DNA of 64,000 nt. It comes from Callorhinchus milii (taxonomy: Eukaryota). The notes under the pieces are model-generated. The model was not told the origin of the DNA and searched no databases. It saw only the letters and a list, made by a program, of their open reading frames with translations. This document shows positions 52,838 through 64,000 of the stretch, in pieces (position 1 is the first letter of the stretch; every line of letters begins with the position of its first letter). Location: NCBI RefSeq assembly GCF_018977255.1, contig NW_024704743.1, positions 20,152,001 to 20,216,000 on the forward strand. The letters are read 5' to 3'. A program made the translations under genes and the position numbers.

Positions 52838-53312
52838 CTTCTCTCATCTCCAACTTTTTCTATTCCCCCTCCAACTCTCTCCCCCATTCTCTGACCCCCA
52901 CATCCCCCCTCCGACTTCCCACCTCCCCCTCCTCTCTCCGAATCCACTCCTCTTCTCTCCTGACTCCCCTCCCCCTCTCTCCGACTCCCCTTCTCCTTTT
53001 GCTCTTGGTTCTCTCACCCCCTTCGCTCACTCTCTTGTGCTCTCTCTGTGGCTCCCTCTCATTACGACCTCTCTCTGTCTCTCCCTTCCTTCTCCGTCCC
53101 TCTTTCTCTTTGCCCCACCTTCTCCCTCCCCCTCTCTCCCTCTTTTTCTCTGTAGTGCATGTGTGTTTGTCTCTCTCTCTTTGGGCCCCTACGCCCTCCC
53201 TCTCTCTTTCTCTGTGAGCTCTTTCTCCCCCTCCCATCCTCTCTCTGTGGGGCCTCCTCTTCCCCCCCTTTGGGGCCTCCCCTCTCTCCCAAAGGCCCCC
53301 GCCCCCCTCCTG
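52838..53312. repeat. C/T-rich low-complexity tract
   Basis: About 470 bp dominated by ctc/ccc/ctct units; gives the spurious R/E/G-rich and L/S/P-rich ORFs. Confidence 0.9.
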
Positions 53313-55644
53313 TGGGGCTCCACAGCCATGTCCTCATCTGTAACAAACTCCGCACCCCTACAACACCCCAGGCCTTGCCATACTGCATTGATGCAGAACT
53401 AATTCTCACACTCGTCCACAAATCACTTCATACCCTAGCTCCCTCCATATATTTCCAACCTGCTCATATCTCACTCTACCGGCCCCTTTCGCTCGTTGGT
53501 TCAGGCCTTCTAAAAACAATCAGAATTTATAGTTTCTAATTGAAAATGAGATAATTGACTATTAAGTAAATGTCTCATATAACTCTTAAGATTATCAGAT
53601 CGTCGAGCAACAGGTATTTAATATGTAAATTGTGTTTGTTCTGTACAGTTCTATGATAAATTAAAGCAAGCCTAAATTGATTGAAAATATTTTTGGTAAC
53701 TTATTCTGCTGTGTTGAAAATACTATTGAAAGTTGCTGCTGTTAAACTTTTCTTTCAACCTGAAGTCAATGTATACTCTTTATGCACAGTTTTGCTGATT
53801 AGGTTTGATTAAAAGTGTATTTCATCAGTTTACAAACCTAAAATATCTGGTTGGGATTTGCACTTTGATGATTGTATGAAATAAATTGGGGATATATAAT
53901 CAGTAACCATGTAATTTGGTTTGTTTCAATGATGTGACATAATATTGATCATGAATTAAGTTTTAACTAAGTAATGGACAACTTCACATTTGGAAATCCA
54001 AGCTGCCCACATAGCAGTTCCATTTACCTCAAAAAGAAATTAGTAAAGCCTTTTGCATTTTAGGCCTTACTTTTAAGTATACTAGAAAACTGTAATATTG
54101 CCATTGCAGCTTTTTGGAGCCCATTAAGTGGCACACTATTTTTCAATTGTTTAGTTTGGCACTAAGTATTTGTAATCCCTATTTAATGGTAGACATTCAT
54201 TATTGATTATTAGGTGTGCTTTTAAAGTGGCATGAGTATGAGACCAAAGTTTTTTTAATCTTTAATTTATAACCTATGAAATTATTAGAAACTCAATTAA
54301 TAATGGGTATTTTCTTGTCAAAAACGATTGATGCAAATAAAGCTAATGAAAGAAAGTTTTAAGTAATGCCTGCACATAAATATGATGCAGCTTATTGTCT
54401 GGTTTTTCGTGTGATTGTTGAAGTGAGGTTCTCAAAAGATTGAAGCAAAAAATGTCTTACACTTCATGGTCATGCTTTTCTTCTGGGAGTGAAAGGAATT
54501 TATAGCTGCAGGGAAAATTCTTTTACAACATGTGACTTGATTGAAAGAACAAAAGAACTATAGTTGTTAAAAACTTAATCTAAATTTTCTTCCAGTCGAA
54601 ATGTACATTTTTTCTGTTTTACTTTAGCAGTTTCTTTCTATACAATGAACCTACATAACTAAAGCAGTTTCAGCCATTGTGAGATGCCACATCACTTTGA
54701 CTTGCAGTAAAAGCTTGATGTGGTGCTGGTTTAGCTTGGCTTATCTTGTGCTGCTGTAGCAACCATCAGTCTCTAGGCAACTGAAACACATTGACCTCTT
54801 CATTGAACTGAGTGTAGCAGTACTTCAATTTAGCTGCTAGAGACAATACTGATGGTGTTGAATGTGGATGGCATGCTGTCAGATGCATGGTCAGGTTTTT
54901 ACTTGCATTCCAATTTCATCTTGGTCAGTGTTGGGAAGCAAATGTTCATTGCATGGGCAAAATATATATAATATCCAGTATTTACTGTCACAAAATCGAT
55001 TAAACATGGGGCTTAAAGTTTAAAGCGGAACATATGAAGTACTCGAGTTATGCAACTACTTTAGTCCTTGATAGATATTAAATGTAATGTATCAAAGGAA
55101 AATACAGAACTGTAGCAAAACTGATTATCTTTAATATTTTCACAATATTTATTTCTGTTTATGAAATGGATCGAAAGAGCTAGTTTGGAAAGCCAACGGG
55201 GTTTGGAAACTCAAAATGTTAACTAATTCAGTCAGTTTGAGTATTAAGATTTTGGCTCTTTCTGTAGGAAAAAATACTATGAACAGAATAAATAACCTGA
55301 AAATTGTATCCTTAGAAAGCATTTTGGAGAGGCTGATAGTTGGAATTGGTTTAAATTTATTTGTCCCTGATTGTTTAATTATGTATTTTGTCAACTAAAT
55401 GTTGTAGTCCAAGGAAGAAATTGGAGCAATACCAACAAAAACTTTCATTCGCATAGAACCCTTCCTGCAGGGTAGGGTCTTGGAGCGGTTAAATAATGAT
55501 GGTGTAGAGTCTTCATTTTAATAGTGTCAATTTAATAAAAATTGAAATGTTATATAAATATCAAAATAATTGAAATGTGAACTTGCAGCAAGCCATTCCT
55601 TTGCCATTTCATTAACATCATGTATATTAAATCTAGGGATTTAC

Positions 55645-56225
55645 TACTACCATTGGTAGCTTTGCCTCTGAGTCAGAAGGTTGTGGGTTCAATCCCCATG
55701 TCGGGACTTGGAATTGCATAGTCTAAGCCAGGGTGGTCCAACTGGTGGCCTGGGGGATGATTTCATCCTCTGAACCATTTCCAATTTCATTATCCCAACG
55801 AGCAAACGCAGACCATGCGAAGGCCCCAAGCCAATCTGGTGATGGTCATCAGGGACTTGGGTTTTGCCTGACAACGGACTGTCCAATCAGGATAAAATAT
55901 TGCTTATGTAGACCCCGAATGTTTCTCAAATCTGGCCCCCAACAGGCAAAGGTTAAACCCCCCTGGTCTAAGATAACATTCCAGTGCATTGCTTGGGGGT
56001 GTTACATTGTCGGAGGTGCTCAGCTTCAGATGAGATGTTAAAACCCAGGTCCCGTCTGCCTGTTCAGGTAGACGTTAAAGATCTCTTGGTACTATTTGTA
56101 AACAATACGTAGTTTCTCCTGGTGTTCTGGCCAACAATCCCCCAAATAAAAATTGTGGGCAATGCTGCCCGCAACCTTTGAGATGTCTGGATGACATAAG
56201 ACACTATATCAAATGCAAGGATTGA
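55645..56225 (+). mobile_element. Deu-type SINE interrupted by a hAT MITE
   Basis: Head tttgcctctgagtcagaaggttgtgggttcaa; resumes at 55966 with ccagtgca...gtcggaggtgc...gatgagatgttaaaacc. Confidence 0.82.
55729..55965. mobile_element. Non-autonomous hAT element (MITE), 237 bp
   Basis: Termini cagggtggtccaac and gttaaaccccccctg; 8-bp TSD gtctaagc (55721-55728) and gtctaaga (55966-55973). Confidence 0.82.
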
Positions 56226-57214
56226 TTAAAAGATTTGTAAAAGGAATCTGATATAGGAGTTATTAAGATCCAAATTCTGGAAATATTTGCATTTGATTAA
56301 ATGCAATTGGGAAGGGACTGAACAATTGCACGTTCAATAAAACAGTATAATAATAATACTTATATTTGATATAGTGCTTTATCATGTCTTCAAGATGTCT
56401 AAAAGCGCTTCACAGAATATACTGTAACATGGATACTGTGACTATATTTTGGCCAAAACGTTTGACAGTTATTAGAGATATGAAACAGATGTGTGGATAG
56501 GAATTCTTTGTGGGGGAAGATGTTAGGTGCTATTAGTGCAGAAGCTAGAGAAATTTTGTGTGAAAATATATACAGGAGTCTTGAGTATGAATCTGGTAAA
56601 ATGATTTGTTTCATTCACCGTCACTACATTCAGTGCTTTGTATTTATTTGCCTTGTAACTTTATAATATTTTTATAAGCGAGTACCCTGGTATTGGATGC
56701 AATTCCTTAAGTACTTTCATTTTCACTTTCACTTGTAATCCATTTTTATTTTGTGAAGTGCTAAAATGTTTTTTGTGGCAAAGACAATAAAAATGCAAGT
56801 TATAATTTGATGTTTGTGTAACAACAACAGCTTCCATTTATATAACACCCTTCATGTGGGGCGGCATCTCGGAGTGGTTAAAGCAAAATAAAATATATTT
56901 TCAGATGTCTGGTCGACCGACCTAAGATGCTATATCCAATGCAAGGATTGATTAAAAGATTTATAGAAGGAATCTGATATAGGAGCAATTGAGATCCAAA
57001 TTCTGGTATTCTTTGCATTTCTCCAATTGTGAAAAGTTTTGATGTTTCAGTGTTGTTGGGGCGATATCAAATAAACAGAGTATTTATAGTGTTAGTAAGT
57101 GGGATGGTTGTCACAAGTTACTATTGAGGCTGAAAAACTACATTTAAAAATGAATTGTATTCATTTTTGAAGAGAGAATATAAAACTGCTTTAGAGAAAG
57201 AGCAGGGAATTTAC

Positions 57215-57716
57215 TAATAATAATCCTTGCATTTGATATGGAGCACCATCAAGTCTTTGAGACATCTCAAAGCACTTCTCAGAATATACTGTGAAGCGAA
57301 TTGACTGTATGTTTTGCGGGAGAAACACAGCAGCCAATTGCGCACAACAGTATCCCAGAAACAGTCGTGGATTGACAGACCAATTTTTTTTAAAAAAAGG
57401 GCTATCACCCCCAGAAAATCAATCTGCCAATCGACTAATGACTGGGTTCCTATTTACTGCTAAGTAAACAGAGGCATGTGGAGACCTTCCTCTTCAACCC
57501 TGCCTACGGTCACCTCCCCCTCCGGCTTGGAGTTGTACTTCACCACTGTCGAGCACTCTGGGATGCTACCCTGCTTGAGGGGCGCTATATAAATGAACGG
57601 TTGTTGTTATTGTTGGAGTAAGGAAACTTGCCCAACATTTCGCCGTGGCCGGGAATCAAACCCAGGTTCTCTTGCTTGCGAGGCAAGTGTTCGAACCACA
57701 AATCTACAAGACTCCA
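57215..57716 (-). mobile_element. tRNA-derived SINE, long form, carrying a 130-bp L2 insert
   Basis: The SINE is continuous if 57484-57618 is removed. Confidence 0.88.
57484..57613 (+). mobile_element. Severely 5'-truncated L2 3' end
   Basis: accttcctcttcaacc...ggcgctatataaatgaacggttgttgttattgt; flanked by a duplicated tggag. Confidence 0.8.
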
Positions 57717-58464
57717 GTTTGATGAGTATTCAGCTATAATAATAATAATAATTATTATTCAGCTCAAGTGCACGAGCATGGATTCAATGGCTTCCTGTGC
57801 TGTAACTTCTATTGCATTAACTGCCTGGATAAGAATATACCCCATATATTTTGTTAGAGGGAAATTTCAATTAAAGCTGGTTAAATTCATGCAAGTCTTT
57901 AGTATCACAATCAAAGTTAAATATCTTATCCATGTCATTCACATAATTAACAGTGTTAAAGACCTGTATCCCGTTTCTAATCTCCATCGGAAACATTTGC
58001 CTAATTTTAGAGCCCTAGCCCCCAAATCATTCTTACCCATCTTTAATGAAGCCTCTTCAATGCATTCAATGTCTGCTTGAATTTAGGGTGACTGAGATTC
58101 CAAACAATTGCAAGGAACCAATGATATCAAATAATGATGTTTCCACATGTGTCAGACACCTGGTTGACCAAAAAATAGAATAGGTGGTCAGAAGATCCCA
58201 GTCCAAAATGTATTTGTTGTTTTCTCATTTGTTTCCGGTAGATTATAGCATCACTCTTCACTATGAAGAGCTTTGAAACTGCCTCCGAATATTGAAGGCA
58301 CTGTATCAAAAGCAAGGATTATTATCTAAGCAATTTTATTTGGTAACGTGTTACACATTGCTGAAATCCTGGGACTAAATAGGGTATAAAATTTAGTTTA
58401 TTTTGTTCTCTGGCTGGAAGCAGCAACGGCAATAGCTCACTATAGTTTACGCCACCCCCCCCAC

Positions 58465-58735
58465 TCCCATTTCTAAGCCATTTAGGAGTGAAATCAGGAG
58501 GCAGGTTTTCACTCGAAGAGTATTGGAAATCTGGATCTCTCTCCCCCAAAAAGCTGTGGATACTGAATCCATTCACATTTCAAGGCTGACCGTTAGATAT
58601 TTGTTAGGTCAAGGTTTCAAGGGATATGGGGCAAGGGCGGGTAATTGGAGTTGAGCTACAGATCAGCCATGATCTTATAGAATGACAGAACAGGTTTGAG
58701 GGGCTGAATGGCCTACTTCTGTTTCTATGTTTCTG
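58465..58735 (+). mobile_element. CR1 3' end
   Basis: gatcagccatgatcttatagaatgacagaacaggtttgaggggctgaatggcctacttctg matches 16140-16205. Confidence 0.85.
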
Positions 58736-59039
58736 TTTGCCGACCCCAAGCCCTGAATTTATTGAAGCCAACAGAACTCTTCAAGGGAAGAATAACATGG
58801 GATACTTATAGAATTGGACGATAATCCTGGCATTTTATATTATTATAGTGGTATTGCTCCTTCAATATTAATCCATTATGTAATTGATTAAATTGTAAAT
58901 AATGGTGGCTTACATAATTTGTTGGCTTTGTTACAAGCTGCAAGATAATCAGATTTTGCAACATAAACTGCTCAGTGAAATACCAACTCTAATGCCACTT
59001 TTATATTGTGGCTGCAGAGTCTACCAATACAATGGATGT

Positions 59040-59712
59040 TGACCAAAGATACTGTCAAAAGGGCTTTTAAAAGCTGGAGGAGAGAAGCAAGACAAGAGAT
59101 TTTTGAAAGAATTCTGGAGGGCAGATGAAGGCTTGACAACTGATTGAGAGATGGAAGGATGCAAGAAGTGGATACTAGATTAGAATCAGAAGAATGGAGT
59201 AAAGGGCAAGAGAAGATTTATAGTTCTTTAGTAGAAAAGCCAAGATTGTAGAGATTTGAAAATAAGAACAAGGATCGTAGTCAACTTGTCAAAGTATAGA
59301 AACGAGTAGAGTTTTTTTGTGAAGGGTATAGTGTTGTGTGGAATTTCAGCTGCAGATTTTGGATACGTTGGAACTTATGGAAGATGGAATGGGGAAGGTT
59401 GGCAGTGAGTGCAGTGAGGCATTATTGATGGTTTCTACAGTAGTGGGAGTGAGTTGAGGGCAATGTTCCCAAGGTTGAAGATGGCAGTCTGAGCAATGGG
59501 CTGCATGTGAGTGTTGGGTTTTACATATGGATCAAAAGAATGCAAACATTACCTACGGACTGGTTAAGTCTCAGTGAACAGCTATGGAGGATGTGGGAGA
59601 CTGAGCCAGATGTGCAAAGGTGCTGCTGGCAAGAACCTAACAAGATTGCTTCAGTCTTCTTGACATTGAGCTGCAGGAAGCTGAGGCTCATCCAGGAATT
59701 TGATGTTGAATA
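59040..59712 (-). mobile_element. Highly degraded L2
   Basis: gcttcagtcttcttgacattgagctgcaggaag...catccagga is the reverse complement of the WM..NFLQLNV.KTEA segment. Confidence 0.65.
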
Positions 59713-62700
59713 GCTTCGCTGTAATTATTTTCCCCCTCCCCCCCAAAAAGAGAAAAACACTACAGTTACAGAACCTATCACAACCTATAGGCTTCACAAA
59801 GAGAAAAGTCACATGAGCCAGCTATTGAAGTGGAGTTCTGTGCCCCAGATTTTCAGGAGATGAAGTGAGAAAAATAGAGACTGAAAATAGAACTTTTAAA
59901 AAATATATTCTTATCAAATTATTCTAACTGATGATAATTATTCTTATCAGATTGGGTTTAGATAATTATTTCAGAGAAAATGTTTCTGCACATTTATCTT
60001 AATGGGGTGGGGTATTGATTAACTATTATCGAAGGTGCTACATATTGCATTCTGTTCAATTATTCTTATCAGAACATTTCTGATTGTAAAGTATATCATG
60101 ACCACAAAATGTAGAGGTTCCATTGATAATCAATCTCTCTCTGATTTATTTCCCCTATATATGGCCACAAATGTTCTATAAATGCAGTTTAATTTAACAA
60201 TTTATTTTTCAGTAGCAATACTCTTTAGTTTGTATTAATTTGTTTGCACCAATTGTACTGTTAATCCTCAATGCAATTATCTCTCTGGGTTAGAATGTAC
60301 TTGAGACATTCTATTATTGCTCGCCTAAACCTTTTTATGTATTTGAAAGGAAATTAAGGTTTAGATAATTATTTCAGAGAAAATGTCCTGTTTCTGCACA
60401 CTTTTATGTTAATGGGGGTGGGATATTGATTAACTATTATCTAAGGTGCATTGTGCTACATATTGCATCTGGTTGTTCAGCCCTTCCTTGTGTCATAGTA
60501 TGAATGAAAGAAAGTTCAGTCATGGTTTACCACAATCTAAACCCTCCCCCTTCTTTATGTAAGTCCTTCTGTGGGCATTTCAGCATTAGCCTAAACAATG
60601 GGTCTGAATATGTTAAGCCCCTAACAATTAGGGAGCAGTTTGGGGCATTGAGTAATGTCCAATGATGCAATTGAACCTGACAGCTTCAACAGCCATCCTG
60701 CTCATGGGACCTGAAAGTTGTTCACACTTGGTTTCATCTCTCATCACACGCTGAGTATTAAAACCCTGCTGGTGGGGTGCTCAGAAAGAAATGGGGCCGG
60801 TTGTCAGGAGACCCTGCTTAGTGCATAACTTGCATGGGACACTGGCTGAGGGGAAAATACCTTCTACCATTTGTGTTTTTAACATAATGGCTACTAAAAT
60901 TGTAAGTTTACTCTCGATTTAGATTATTTTTCTTTTCAAAATTGTAAGAGATGATATTGTTCTTTTTTTGCATCTATTCTTACTCTAAAATGCAGTATCT
61001 GATCTAATTTTAAAATGATGAGATATCAGAATTTAAATTTACTGGAAAATGATTTTATAAGCAACTTTGGATGTATTAATAGGGGTGTGGCAATTTTTAT
61101 GTTTCTTAATTGCATTCTGTTATACATACAATTGGGACTAAGATTAAAGATGTATGTTTTTAAGTGTACTTTAAAAATTACCAGAATCTATGATCGTAGC
61201 CACCTATCTCAACAGCTCCATTAAAATTTCTTTTTGGCAATATTGTAAGGTTTGTGATGTCACCAGGTATCCTACTACTAGAGCTTGTGTTGGGGTATAG
61301 CATGAGAAAACCCTTTTAGAAGTTGTATTTATGGCTGACAGGCATAAATTGAAGGTGATTTATTGCATATAGTAAGCCTTCGTATCAGATATAGAAAACA
61401 TTTGATTCTAGGATTGTTTGTTTAAAAATGAGGCTAAGCTTTTTGATCAAGTGATGGTGTCCCATTCTGTAAACTTTTTTTTCAGTTCTGTGATGTTAGC
61501 TACTTCGAGCCTGGTTAACTCCTTATTGGAGACTGTCTTAACTTTTTCCGGACGTTCAACTCAATAACTGCTTATAAAACACACTTACTGACTGATCTGC
61601 AGTCAGGCAACCGCGCATTGCCCCTGCTGGTTATCATCGGTCTAAGCAGTTTTTCTTAAAATTCCTGAACACTGCTACTTTTGAAATGTAGCTTTGCAGT
61701 TTTTGTGTTGTGCAAAAACTAAAATTTCCATTGTGCACGACAGTTATCGGGGGTGGGGGGGGGGGCAGGGGTGATCAATGAAAAAAAATATGTGTAACCC
61801 TTTCAGAGCTGATTAAACCAGTTGTATTTTTGTAGGGTTGTATTCCCTCGCACAGGTGGTGGCTTTTATTTCAGTTTTTAAGAGATGCTGATGAAATAGG
61901 GTAAACTATTTCTATATCCAAGCAGAGTTTTACAAAGCATGCGTGCCCATCAGGTTTAATTCTATTTAATAATTATTTGCCATTTATTTTATTTTGATAT
62001 TTCAAGTGCTTTGTGTGCCACAAAAAAGTACAGTATTGGATTTAGTTGAGATGGCAATCATTTCCCCTCAAATTAAATTTGACAAATTATTAATAATAAT
62101 CCTTGCGTTTGATACAGCGCCTTATCAAGTATTCGAGTCATCTCCAAATGCTTTCCAGAATATATTGTAAAATGATTTGACACTATATTTTTGTGGGCTA
62201 AATAAATTAAATAACTAATGTAAAAATAGATTTTATGGATACATGCTACAGTTTTAAAATCATTAAAAACCAGAAGCCTGAGTTTTAATATGAACAGAGC
62301 TATGTCATCCTTTAATATCGTTAAAGATTTAGAAATTCAGGGTAATTAAGTTTATAAAGTGTTATAAAGACGAGTAAATATTGAGGTTATTTTTAATTTT
62401 TGAAGTTTATTCTTTTCATTTGAACTGTAGGGTGGTTGTTGTTTATTAAAAATAATCAAATGCATTTTGAAGTCCTAGAAAATATGGGTGATCCCGTAAC
62501 ATCCTATTTAATGGTAGCAAGTACTGTTATTAGCATATGTCAATATTGAAGCAGTCTTTATCAGAGATCACCAATGTTCAACTGTGATGTAATTGCGTTG
62601 GCTGGTATTTAAAATCTTAAGAGAAAGACATTGGATTTCTTTTGAATGTTGAGAAATTTGGGGCTAGAACTTCTGATCGTCACTAAACTGAGTATAATTT

Positions 62701-64000
62701 TTGTCAAAACAGTGCAATCTAATTTGTAAAAATTAGATTAATTTGCTCCTTATTTGAAATTTAACGAGCATTTCACTATTGAAAACAGTGAATGAAATTT
62801 TCATTGGCTTCTAGAGTATTTTTGCTTGCTTAAAGTTATTTTTTAAAAAAGCCTCTTGACTCACACAGAGTGCAGTAACATTTACGCAACAACAAGTTTT
62901 AAATAACTAATAATTTGTAGACATGATGTCAGGACTTATTTTTAAAATTATTAGTATTTAACTTGTTTTTTATATATATTTAACTCCATTTATCCTAAGA
63001 TCTGTGCGAACCATCGCTTTGACTTATGCTGTGTAGCCTAACAATTGGTTGCGAATATGTTTTTTTGGCTATCCATAATCTCCTAATAAACCCTATTTCC
63101 AAATCTACACCTCCTTGATCCTCTTGCATTCCTCCTGCCTGCTTCATTGCTGACATCTGCACTCTCGCGAGGATCTTGCATTATATCCCAGATGGGCAGT
63201 GAATGGAATAGTGGTAATGGGTCCTGTCAAATAAGCAATAGCAGGAGATGAAATGGCTGTGGCTGATGGAAGAGTCTCCGTACTGCTAAAAGCATTAAGG
63301 AGAGAAGAATATGGGAAAGAAAGGGACTGGCCATTAGAAAGGCTAAATGAATGAAAAGGTGGATGAAATAAGAAATAAGGGCATTTGTAAGAATAGAAGC
63401 TGAACAATGGAAAAAATAAGAACAATTATAGAAAAAAATGTCACTGTGCTATAGACTTTATATAAAATAAAGATGCTATGTAAAGTAACCCAAAATATAT
63501 CAGCATATAAACATTTGGGTTCGATTTTCAGCACATGGAAAAATTAACAACCAGAAGCTTATTCGCTTTAAGAAAAAAATCAAACTAATAGTTTAAACTA
63601 TTTAAAATATTACATTTTGGCTTGTGAAAAAAATAAAGATGTGTAATAAAGTCCAAACTGCCTGGCAGATTTTTAAAAGCTTCAGTGATTTTATATTTAC
63701 GTAAGAAATGAAATTACAATGGAAAGTGTTCATATGGAAACGCTTAGAACAGATTTTGTTGTAATACTAGCTTTGTCTTTTTTAAAAAGTTATCGATAAC
63801 ACTTTTGTAATGCCTTTCTAGCTGTTTTTGAATACGATTATGCAGTACCACTTTGCATTAAGAATTTGCTTTGTATGAACTGGTTAATACAAGTAATTTC
63901 CTTGGATTGTGGACAAATGTAGCTCGCGAAAGGCAAGCTAGATTATGCAAGAATTTGGCCAGCAAGTGCTGCTTGATCTGTTCAGTTCATTTTTGCTTGT

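Noticed and set aside
52860..53539. Arg/Glu/Gly-rich and Leu/Ser/Pro-rich ORFs
   Set aside because: Products of the low-complexity CT tract.
1..64000. CRISPR array, operon or prokaryotic/viral system
   Set aside because: No repeat-spacer periodicity and no dense long ORFs. All long ORFs are MLLT10 exons or retroelement remnants in eukaryotic intronic DNA.
52485..64000. Further MLLT10 exons (towards the OM-LZ domain)
   Set aside because: No AF10-like translation with splice sites found by eye. The next exon probably lies beyond the window.

Overview
AT-rich vertebrate genomic DNA. It is probably from a cartilaginous fish, which is an inference from the CR1, L2 and Deu-type SINE content. The whole window lies inside one + strand gene, MLLT10 (AF10). 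Eight internal coding exons with canonical AG/GT boundaries can be read: three encode the zinc-knuckle/PHD2 part of the PZP domain, and five encode the basic and Ser-rich region including the AT-hook. The start of the gene and the C-terminal OM-LZ exons are not visible here. The introns are filled with L2 and CR1 LINE fragments, a young tRNA-headed SINE family, older Deu-type and AmnSINE2-like SINEs, and hAT relics. Almost all ORFs in the supplied track are spurious or transposon-derived. I see no convincing new biological system. The best second-look items are a 1-nt frame discrepancy in an A8 run at the end of one exon, the apparent absence of a segment present in human AF10, several nested insertions with readable junctions, inverted SINE pairs around exons, a ~177-bp palindrome, a 3x23-bp CCAAT-like array and three local duplications. 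Family names and human comparisons are recalled from memory, not searched. Repeat boundaries are approximate.
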